Source: a virus
Taxonomy: Duplodnaviria > Heunggongvirae > Uroviricota > Caudoviricetes
Direction: 5' to 3' (one strand)
DNA length: 27,280 nt
Virus record (IMG/VR): IMGVR_UViG_2534681604_000001
Shown: positions 20,368 through 27,280 of the stretch, in pieces
How positions within the stretch are numbered: the stretch's first letter is position 1
Layout: each line of letters opens with the position of its first letter
Translations under genes and position numbers: made by a program
The notes under the pieces: model-generated
Seen by the model: only the letters and a program-made list of their open reading frames with translations
Told to the model about the DNA's origin: nothing
Databases searched by the model: none

Positions 20368-20693
20368 AGACCTTCCGCTGGAAAGTGAAACCCGGTATGG
20401 ATGTGGCTTCGGCCCCTTCCGTCAGGAAAGTGCGCTTTGGTGATGGCTATTCCCAGCGAGCGCCTGCCGGGCTGAATGCCGACCTGAAAACGTACAGCGT
20501 GACGCTGTCTGTCTCCCGTGAAGAGGCCACGGCGCTGGAGTCGTTTCTGGCTGAGCACGGGGGCTGGAAGGCCTTTCTGTGGACGCCGCCTTATGGTTAC
20601 AGGCAGATAAAGGTGACCTGCGCAAAATGGTCGTCGCAGGTCCGTATGTTGCGTGTTGAGTTCAGCGCAGAGTTTGAACAGGTGGTGAACTGA
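20364..20693 (+). CDS. M: Tail tip protein M
   Basis: MKTFRWKVKPGMDVASAPSVRKVRFGDGYSQRAPAGLNA… recognised as lambda gpM. ATGA overlap with H. Confidence 0.9.
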   Translation: MKTFRWKVKPGMDVASAPSVRKVRFGDGYSQRAPAGLNADLKTYSVTLSVSREEATALESFLAEHGGWKAFLWTPPYGYRQIKVTCAKWSSQVRMLRVEFSAEFEQVVN

Positions 20694-21391
20694 TGCAGGA
20701 TATCCGGCAGGAAACACTGAATGAATGCACCCGTGCGGAGCAGTCGGCCAGCGTGGTGCTCTGGGAAATCGATCTGACAGAGGTCGGTGGAGAACGTTAT
20801 TTTTTCTGTAATGAGCAGAACGAAAAAGGTGAGCCGGTCACCTGGCAGGGGCGACAGTATCAGCCGTATCCCATTCAGGGGAGTGGTTTTGAACTGAATG
20901 GCAAAGGCACCAGTACGCGCCCCACGCTGACGGTTTCTAACCTGTACGGTATGGTCACCGGGATGGCGGAAGATCTGCAGAGTCTGGTCGGCGGAACGGT
21001 GGTCCGGCGTAAGGTTTACGCCCGTTTTCTGGATGCGGTGAACTTCGTCAACGGAAACAGTGACGCCGATCCGGAGCAGGAGGTGATCAGCCGCTGGCGC
21101 ATTGAGCAGTGCAGCGAACTGAGCGCGGTGAGTGCCTCTTTTGTACTGTCCACGCCGACGGAAACGGACGGCGCTGTTTTTCCGGGACGTATCATGCTGG
21201 CCAACACCTGCACCTGGACCTATCGCGGCGATGAGTGCGGTTATCACGGTCCGGCGGTCGCGGATGAATATGACCAGCCGACGTCCGATATCACGAAGGA
21301 TAAATGCAGCAAATGCCTGAGCGGTTGTAAGTTCCGCAATAACGTCGGCAACTTTGGCGGCTTCCTTTCCATTAACAAACTTTCGCAGTAA
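20693..21391 (+). CDS. L: Tail tip protein L
   Basis: MQDIRQETLNECTRAEQSASVVLWEIDLTEVGGERYFFCNEQ… recognised as lambda gpL, including the C-terminal Cys cluster. Confidence 0.9.
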   Translation: MQDIRQETLNECTRAEQSASVVLWEIDLTEVGGERYFFCNEQNEKGEPVTWQGRQYQPYPIQGSGFELNGKGTSTRPTLTVSNLYGMVTGMAEDLQSLVGGTVVRRKVYARFLDAVNFVNGNSDADPEQEVISRWRIEQCSELSAVSASFVLSTPTETDGAVFPGRIMLANTCTWTYRGDECGYHGPAVADEYDQPTSDITKDKCSKCLSGCKFRNNVGNFGGFLSINKLSQ

Positions 21392-21396
21392 ATACC

Positions 21397-22140
21397 ATGA
21401 CACAGACAGAATCAGCGATTCTGGCGCACGCCCGGCGATGTGCGCCAGCGGAGTCGTGCGGCTTCGTGGTGAGAACGCCGGAGGGGGAAAGATATTTCCC
21501 CTGCGTGAATATCTCCGGTGAGCCGGAGGCGTATTTCCGGATGTCGCCGGAGGACTGGCTGCAGGCAGAAATGCAGGGTGAGATTGTGGCGCTGGTCCAC
21601 AGCCACCCCGGTGGTCTGCCCTGGCTGAGTGAGGCCGACCGGCGGCTGCAGGTGCAGAGTGATTTGCCGTGGTGGCTGGTCTGCCGGGGTGAGATTCATA
21701 AATTCCGCTGTGTGCCGCATCTCACCGGGCGGCGCTTTGAGCACGGGGTGACGGACTGTTACACGCTGTTCCGGGATGCTTATCATCTGGCGGGGATTGA
21801 GATGCCGGATTTTCATCGCGAGGATGACTGGTGGCGTAACGGTCAGAATCTCTATCTGGATAATCTGGAGGCCACAGGGCTGTATCAGGTGCCGTTGTCA
21901 TCAGCACAACCGGGCGATGTGCTGCTGTGCTGTTTTGGTTCATCGGTGCCGAATCATGCCGCCATTTACTGTGGTGATGGCGAGCTGCTGCACCATATTC
22001 CTGAACAACTGAGCAAACGAGAGAGGTATACCGACAAATGGCAGCGACGCACACACTCCCTCTGGCGTCACCGGGCATGGCGCGCATCTGCCTTTACGGG
22101 GATTTGCAACGATTTGGCCGCCGCATCGACCTTCGTGTGA
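21397..22140 (+). CDS. K: Tail tip assembly protein K (MPN/JAMM plus NlpC/P60-like)
   Basis: ORF with a P-x-E-x-C-G segment and HSHPGG…S..D JAMM-like motif, recognised as lambda gpK. ATG 21397 sits 6 nt after the L stop; an internal Met at codon 49 is an alternative start. Confidence 0.85.
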   Translation: MTQTESAILAHARRCAPAESCGFVVRTPEGERYFPCVNISGEPEAYFRMSPEDWLQAEMQGEIVALVHSHPGGLPWLSEADRRLQVQSDLPWWLVCRGEIHKFRCVPHLTGRRFEHGVTDCYTLFRDAYHLAGIEMPDFHREDDWWRNGQNLYLDNLEATGLYQVPLSSAQPGDVLLCCFGSSVPNHAAIYCGDGELLHHIPEQLSKRERYTDKWQRRTHSLWRHRAWRASAFTGICNDLAAASTFV

Positions 22141-22709
22141 AAACGGGGGCTGAAGCCATCCGCGCACTGGCCATACAGCTCCCGGTGTTTCGTCAGAAAC
22201 TGAGCGACGGCTGGTATCAGGTACGGATTGCCGGGCGGGACGTCAGCACGTCCGGGTTAACGGCGCAGTTACATGAGACTCTGCCTGATGGCGCTGTGAT
22301 TCATATTGTTCCCAGAGTCGCCGGGGCCAAGTCAGGTGGCGTATTCCAGATTGTCCTGGGGGCTGCCGCCATTGCCGGATCATTCTTTACCGCCGGAGCC
22401 ACCCTTGCAGCATGGGGGGCAGCCATTGGGGCCGGTGGTATGACCGGCATCCTGTTTTCTCTCGGTGCCAGTATGGTGCTCGGTGGTGTGGCGCAGATGC
22501 TGGCACCGAAAGCCAGAACTCCCCGTACACAGACAACGGATAACGGCAAACAGAACACCTATTTCTCCTCACTGGATAACATGGTTGCCCAGGGCAATGT
22601 TCTGCCGGTTCTGTACGGTGAAATGCGCGTGGGGTCACGCGTGGTTTCTCAGGAGATCAGCACGGCAGACGAAGGGGATGGTGGTCAGGTTGTGGTGATT
22701 GGTCGCTGA
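22038..22709 (+). CDS. I: Tail tip assembly protein I
   Basis: MAATHTLPLASPGMARICLYGDLQRFGRRIDLRVKTGAEAIRALA… recognised as lambda gpI. Overlaps the 3' end of K; the true start may be the internal ATG at 22077. Confidence 0.85.
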   Translation: MAATHTLPLASPGMARICLYGDLQRFGRRIDLRVKTGAEAIRALAIQLPVFRQKLSDGWYQVRIAGRDVSTSGLTAQLHETLPDGAVIHIVPRVAGAKSGGVFQIVLGAAAIAGSFFTAGATLAAWGAAIGAGGMTGILFSLGASMVLGGVAQMLAPKARTPRTQTTDNGKQNTYFSSLDNMVAQGNVLPVLYGEMRVGSRVVSQEISTADEGDGGQVVVIGR

Positions 22710-22726
22710 TGCAAAACGTTTTATGT

Positions 22727-22747
22727 GAAACCGCCTGCGGGCGGTTT
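22727..22747 (+). promoter_or_regulatory. Hairpin with flanking A/U tracts between I and J
   Basis: aaa-ccgcc-tgcg-ggcgg-tttt, 22 nt upstream of the J start. Confidence 0.4.
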
Positions 22748-22769
22748 TGTCGTATATGGAGCATGACGA

Positions 22770-25700
22770 ATGGGTAAAGGCAGCAGTAAGGGGCATACCC
22801 CGCGCGAAGCGAAGGACAACCTGAAGTCCACGCAGTTGCTGAGTGTGATCGATGCCATCAGCGAAGGGCCGATTGAAGGTCCGGTGGATGGATTAAAAAG
22901 CGTGCTGCTGAACAGTACGCCAGTGCTGGACAGTGAGGGGAATACCAACATCTCCGGCGTCACGGTGGTGTTCCGGGCAGGTGAGCAGGAGCAGACACCG
23001 CCTGAGGGGTTTGAATCCTCCGGCTCCGAGACGGTGCTGGGTACGGAAGTGAAATACGACACGCCGATCATCCGGACCATCACGTCGGCAAACATCGACC
23101 GTCTGCGTTTTACCTTCGGTGTGCAGGCTCTGGTGGAAACCACCTCAAAAGGGGACCGGAATCCATCGGAAGTCCGCCTGCTGGTTCAGATACAACGTAA
23201 CGGTGGCTGGGTGACGGAAAAAGACATCACCATTAAGGGCAAAACCACCTCGCAGTATCTGGCATCGGTAGTGGTGGATAACCTGCCGCCGCGCCCGTTC
23301 AATATCCGGATGCGCAGGATGACACCGGACAGCACCACAGACCAGTTGCAGAACAAAACGCTCTGGTCGTCATACACCGAAATCATCGATGTGAAACAGT
23401 GCTACCCGAACACGGCACTGGTTGGCGTACAGGTGGACTCAGAGCAGTTCGGCAGTCAGCAGGTGAGCCGTAATTATCATCTTCGCGGGCGTATTCTGCA
23501 GGTGCCGTCGAACTATAACCCGCAGACGCGGCAATACAGCGGTATCTGGGACGGAACGTTTAAGCCAGCATACAGCAACAACATGGCCTGGTGTCTGTGG
23601 GATATGCTGACCCATCCGCGCTACGGCATGGGGAAACGTCTTGGTGCGGCGGATGTGGACAAATGGGCGCTGTATGTCATCGGCCAGCATTGCGATCAGT
23701 CGGTGCCGGACGGTTTTGGCGGCACGGAGCCGCGCATCACCTGTAATGCGTACCTGACCACACAGCGCAAGGCGTGGGATGTGCTCAGTGATTTCTGCTC
23801 TGCGATGCGCTGTATGCCGGTATGGAACGGGCAGACGCTGACGTTCGTGCAGGACCGGCCATCGGATAAGGTGTGGACCTATAACCGCAGTAATGTGGTG
23901 ATGCCGGATGATGGCGCGCCGTTCCGCTACAGCTTCAGCGCCCTGAAGGACCGCCATAATGCCGTTGAGGTGAACTGGATTGACCCGAATAACGGCTGGG
24001 AGACGGCGACAGAGCTTGTTGAAGATACGCAGGCCATTCTCCGTTACGGTCGTAATGTCACGAAGATGGACGCCTTTGGCTGTACCAGCCGGGGGCAGGC
24101 ACACCGAGCCGGGCTGTGGCTGATTAAAACGGAGCTGCTGGAAACGCAGACCGTGGATTTCAGCGTGGGCGCAGAAGGGCTTCGCCATGTACCGGGCGAT
24201 GTCATTGAAATCTGCGATGATGACTATGCGGGGATCAGCATCGGCGGGCGTGTGCTGGCGGTGAACAGCCAGACCCGGACACTGACGCTCGACCGTGAAA
24301 TCACGCTGCCATCTTCCGGCACCACGCTGATAAGCCTGGTTGACGGACAGGGGAATCCGGTCAGCGTGGAGGTCCAGTCCGTCACCGACGGCGTGAAGGT
24401 GAAAGTGAGCCGGGTTCCTGACGGCGTTGCCGAGTACAGCGTGTGGGGGCTGAAGCTGCCGACGCTGCGCCAGCGCCTGTTCCGCTGTGTGAGTATCCGT
24501 GAGAATGACGACGGCACGTATGCCATCACCGCCGTGCAGCATGTACCGGCAAAAGAGGCCATCGTGGATAACGGGGCGCACTTTGACGGTGACCAGAGCG
24601 GCACGGTGAATGGTGTCACGCCGCCAGCGGTGCAGCACCTGACCGCCGAAGTCACCGCAGACAGCGGGGAATATCAGGTGCTGGCGCGCTGGGACACGCC
24701 GAAGGTGGTGAAGGGCGTGAACTTCCTGCTTCGCCTGACCGTGGCTGCGGATGATGGCAGTGAACGGCTGGTCAGCACGGCCCGGACGACGGAAACCACA
24801 TACCGCTTCAGGCAACTGGCGCTGGGAAATTACAGGCTGACAGTCCGGGCGGCAAATGCCTGGGGGCAGCAGGGCGATCCGGCATCGGTATCGTTCCGGA
24901 TTGCCGCACCGGCAGCGCCGTCGCGGATTGAGCTGACGCCGGGCTATTTTCAGATAACCGCCACGCCGCATCTTGCCGTTTATGACCCGACGGTACAGTT
25001 TGAATTCTGGTTCTCGGAAAAGCGGATTGCGGATATCAGGCAGGTTGAAACCACAGCCCGCTATCTTGGCACGGCGCTGTACTGGATAGCTGCCAGTATC
25101 AATATCAAACCGGGCCATGATTATTATTTTTATGTTCGCAGTGTGAACACCGTTGGCAAATCGGCATTTGTGGAGGCTGTTGGTCAGCCGAGTGATGATG
25201 CGTCCGGCTATCTGGATTTTTTCAAAGGAGAGATAGGGAAAACCCATCTGGCTCAGGAGCTGTGGACGCAGATTGATAACGGTCAGCTTGCGCCTGACCT
25301 GACTGAAATCAGGACGTCCATAACGGATGTCAGCAATGAAATAACACAGACCGTCAATAAGAAACTGGAAGACCAGAGTGCAGCGATCCAGCAGATACAG
25401 AAGGTTCAGGTTGATACAAATAATAACCTGAACAGCATGTGGGCAGTGAAGCTGCAGCAGATGCAGGACGGACGCCTTTATATTGCGGGTATCGGTGCCG
25501 GTATTGAGAACACCCCCGACGGCATGCAGAGTCAGGTGCTGCTGGCTGCAGACCGGGTGGCATTTATTAACCCGGCGAATGGTAACACCACTCCTGCACT
25601 GGTCACACAGGGCGGACAGACGTTTATTAATGAGGCGCTGATCAAGTTCCTTATTGCTCCCACGATTACCAGTGGTGGCAATCCTCCGGCATTCTCCCTG

Positions 25701-26246
25701 ACACCTGACGGAAAGCTGACTGCTAAAAATGCGGATATCAGTGGCAGTGTGAATGCGAACGCCGGGACGCTCAACAACGTCACGATTAATGAGAGCTGTA
25801 CTATTAAGGGGATGCTTGATGCTAACCAGGTGCGTGGTGATTTTGTAAAAACGACAGGGCATCGATTTCCGCACCCCGGAGAATACCCACAGGGTTCACT
25901 TACCGTTCATATTAAGGACGATCATGCCTTTGACAGGCAGATTATAATTCAACCAATCATGTACGGTGCACCACCATATTTTAGTAAAAATGATGGCGCT
26001 AATATCTACGATACCTGCAGATTAATTGTGCGCAAAAATGGCAATGTAATCTATGACAAATCCACTAGTGGTTCGAAAAGGACAACAGTCGTGTACAGCA
26101 ATATCATTGATATGCCAGTGGGGGACGGAGATGTAATATTAACATTTGAAGTTCAGTCGAGCGGCAGTGGAGATCCCAGAACATGGATCAGTGATTTAAT
26201 GGTCTCGGTAACGAAAAAAGCCGCATCCGGTATCAGTATCAGTTGA
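22770..26246 (+). CDS. J: Tail tip / host-specificity protein J, with a divergent C-terminal domain
   Basis: 1158-aa protein. The N-terminal ~1000 aa are recognised as lambda gpJ; the last ~150 aa differ from lambda J as I recall it, and the encoding DNA is AT-richer. Confidence 0.9.
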   Translation: MGKGSSKGHTPREAKDNLKSTQLLSVIDAISEGPIEGPVDGLKSVLLNSTPVLDSEGNTNISGVTVVFRAGEQEQTPPEGFESSGSETVLGTEVKYDTPIIRTITSANIDRLRFTFGVQALVETTSKGDRNPSEVRLLVQIQRNGGWVTEKDITIKGKTTSQYLASVVVDNLPPRPFNIRMRRMTPDSTTDQLQNKTLWSSYTEIIDVKQCYPNTALVGVQVDSEQFGSQQVSRNYHLRGRILQVPSNYNPQTRQYSGIWDGTFKPAYSNNMAWCLWDMLTHPRYGMGKRLGAADVDKWALYVIGQHCDQSVPDGFGGTEPRITCNAYLTTQRKAWDVLSDFCSAMRCMPVWNGQTLTFVQDRPSDKVWTYNRSNVVMPDDGAPFRYSFSALKDRHNAVEVNWIDPNNGWETATELVEDTQAILRYGRNVTKMDAFGCTSRGQAHRAGLWLIKTELLETQTVDFSVGAEGLRHVPGDVIEICDDDYAGISIGGRVLAVNSQTRTLTLDREITLPSSGTTLISLVDGQGNPVSVEVQSVTDGVKVKVSRVPDGVAEYSVWGLKLPTLRQRLFRCVSIRENDDGTYAITAVQHVPAKEAIVDNGAHFDGDQSGTVNGVTPPAVQHLTAEVTADSGEYQVLARWDTPKVVKGVNFLLRLTVAADDGSERLVSTARTTETTYRFRQLALGNYRLTVRAANAWGQQGDPASVSFRIAAPAAPSRIELTPGYFQITATPHLAVYDPTVQFEFWFSEKRIADIRQVETTARYLGTALYWIAASINIKPGHDYYFYVRSVNTVGKSAFVEAVGQPSDDASGYLDFFKGEIGKTHLAQELWTQIDNGQLAPDLTEIRTSITDVSNEITQTVNKKLEDQSAAIQQIQKVQVDTNNNLNSMWAVKLQQMQDGRLYIAGIGAGIENTPDGMQSQVLLAADRVAFINPANGNTTPALVTQGGQTFINEALIKFLIAPTITSGGNPPAFSLTPDGKLTAKNADISGSVNANAGTLNNVTINESCTIKGMLDANQVRGDFVKTTGHRFPHPGEYPQGSLTVHIKDDHAFDRQIIIQPIMYGAPPYFSKNDGANIYDTCRLIVRKNGNVIYDKSTSGSKRTTVVYSNIIDMPVGDGDVILTFEVQSSGSGDPRTWISDLMVSVTKKAASGISIS

Positions 26247-26266
26247 AATTTTTATAACCCCAATAC

Positions 26267-26293
26267 GGGCGCCAGAAATGGCGCCTTTTTTAT
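26267..26293 (+). terminator. Intrinsic terminator after J
   Basis: ggcgcc-agaaat-ggcgcc perfect 6-bp GC stem, then ttttttatt. Confidence 0.65.
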
Positions 26294-26315
26294 TGCAGAA
26301 AAGCGAGAGGTAATT

Positions 26316-26915
26316 ATGCGTAAAGTTTGTGCAGCCATTTTTTCCGCAGCCATCTGTCTGGCCGTATCCGGTGCGCCTGCATGGGCGTCTGAACATCAGT
26401 CCACACTGAGCGCAGGGTATCTTCATGCCCGTACGAACGCACCCGGCAGCGATAATCTGAACGGGATTAACGTGAAATACCGTTATGAATTTACGGACAC
26501 GCTGGGGCTGATTACGTCTTTCAGTTATGCCGACGCAGAAGATGAACAAAAAACGCATTACAGCGATACCCGCTGGCATGAAGATTCCGTGCGTAACCGC
26601 TGGTTCAGCGTGATGGCGGGGCCGTCTGTGCGCGTGAATGAATGGTTCAGCGCGTATGCGATGGCGGGGGTGGCTTACAGCCGTGTTTCGACCTTCTCCG
26701 GGGATTATCTGCAGGTGACCGACAGCAAGGGGAAAACGCACGATGTGCTGACCGGAAGTGATGACGGTCGCCACAGCAACACGTCTCTGGCGTGGGGAGC
26801 TGGCGTGCAGTTTAACCCGACCGAATCCGTGGCCATTGATATTGCTTATGAAGGCTCCGGCAGTGGTGACTGGCGCACTGACGGTTTCATCGTGGGTGTC
26901 GGTTATAAATTCTGA
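26316..26915 (+). CDS. lom: Lom-like outer-membrane beta-barrel protein (Ail/Lom family)
   Basis: Signal peptide MRKVCAAIFSAAICLAVSGAPAWA and conserved C-terminus …AYEGSGSGDWRTDGFIVGVGYKF, in the lambda lom position between J and stf. Confidence 0.85.
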   Translation: MRKVCAAIFSAAICLAVSGAPAWASEHQSTLSAGYLHARTNAPGSDNLNGINVKYRYEFTDTLGLITSFSYADAEDEQKTHYSDTRWHEDSVRNRWFSVMAGPSVRVNEWFSAYAMAGVAYSRVSTFSGDYLQVTDSKGKTHDVLTGSDDGRHSNTSLAWGAGVQFNPTESVAIDIAYEGSGSGDWRTDGFIVGVGYKF

Positions 26916-26941
26916 TTAGCCAGGTAACACAGTGTTATGAC

Positions 26942-26970
26942 AGCCCGCCGGTTCAGGCGGGCTTTTTTGT
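26942..26970 (+). terminator. Intrinsic terminator after lom
   Basis: agcccgcc-ggttcag-ggcgggct 8-bp stem, then tttttt. Confidence 0.65.
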
Positions 26971-26979
26971 GGGGTGAAT

Positions 26980-27280
26980 ATGGCAGTAAAGATTTCAGGT
27001 GTACTGAAAGACGGCACAGGGAAACCGGTACAGAACTGCACCATTCAGCTGAAGGCAAAACGTAACAGTACCACGGTCGTGGTGAACACGCTGGCCTCAG
27101 AAAATCCGGATGAAGCCGGGCGTTACAGCATGGACGTTGAGTACGGTCAGTACAGCGTTATTCTGATGGTGGAAGGATTCCCGCCGTCACATGCCGGGAC
27201 CATCACCGTGTATGAGGATTCAAAGCCGGGGACGCTGAATGATTTTCTCGGTGCCATGACGGAGGATGATGCCCGTCGGA
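26980..27280 (+). CDS. stf: Side tail fiber protein Stf, N-terminal part (truncated by window end)
   Basis: MAVKISGVLKDGTGKPVQNCTIQLKAKRNSTTVVVNT…YSMDVEYGQYSVIL… recognised as the lambda Stf N-terminus. No stop before the window end, so absent from the ORF track. Confidence 0.85.
   Translation, partial: MAVKISGVLKDGTGKPVQNCTIQLKAKRNSTTVVVNTLASENPDEAGRYSMDVEYGQYSVILMVEGFPPSHAGTITVYEDSKPGTLNDFLGAMTEDDARR

Noticed and set aside
23439-25874. 811-aa minus-strand ORF antisense to J
   Set aside because: Lies entirely inside the well-supported J gene on the opposite strand; the product is low-complexity and Arg-rich, typical of a spurious antisense frame in GC-rich coding DNA.

Overview
This window is a segment of a lambda-like (lambdoid) temperate phage, in prophage gene order, from an E. 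coli-like host. Reading left to right on the + strand: the 3' end of a ren-like gene and a tR2-like terminator; a nin region (ninB, Dam-family methyltransferase, ninE, NinX-like ORF, ninF, an AT-rich membrane-protein ORF, ybcO-like, rusA, ninH, ninI phosphatase); a non-lambda-type Q antiterminator; a candidate late promoter with a short terminated leader; two tRNA genes (Asn-like GUU and Thr UGU); a phage-21-type lysis cassette (dual-start pinholin, SAR endolysin, Rz with embedded Rz1); an AT-rich minus-strand two-gene cassette where lambda has bor; the cos site; then an essentially lambda-type morphogenesis operon Nu1-A-W-B-C/Nu3-D-E-FI-FII-Z-U-V-G/G-T-H-M-L-K-I-J, lom, and the start of stf. 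I found no CRISPR array, rRNA or IS element. The structural genes look conserved and ordinary; I did not find a clear undescribed multi-gene system. The features that depart from the lambda backbone are the AT-rich membrane ORF in the nin region, the Rz-to-cos cassette, the tRNA pair, RNA structures upstream of the holin, and a replaced J C-terminus. All protein calls rest on recognising sequences and motifs from memory plus the ORF track; no database search, tRNA scanner or RNA folding program was run, so gene boundaries and family names need confirmation.
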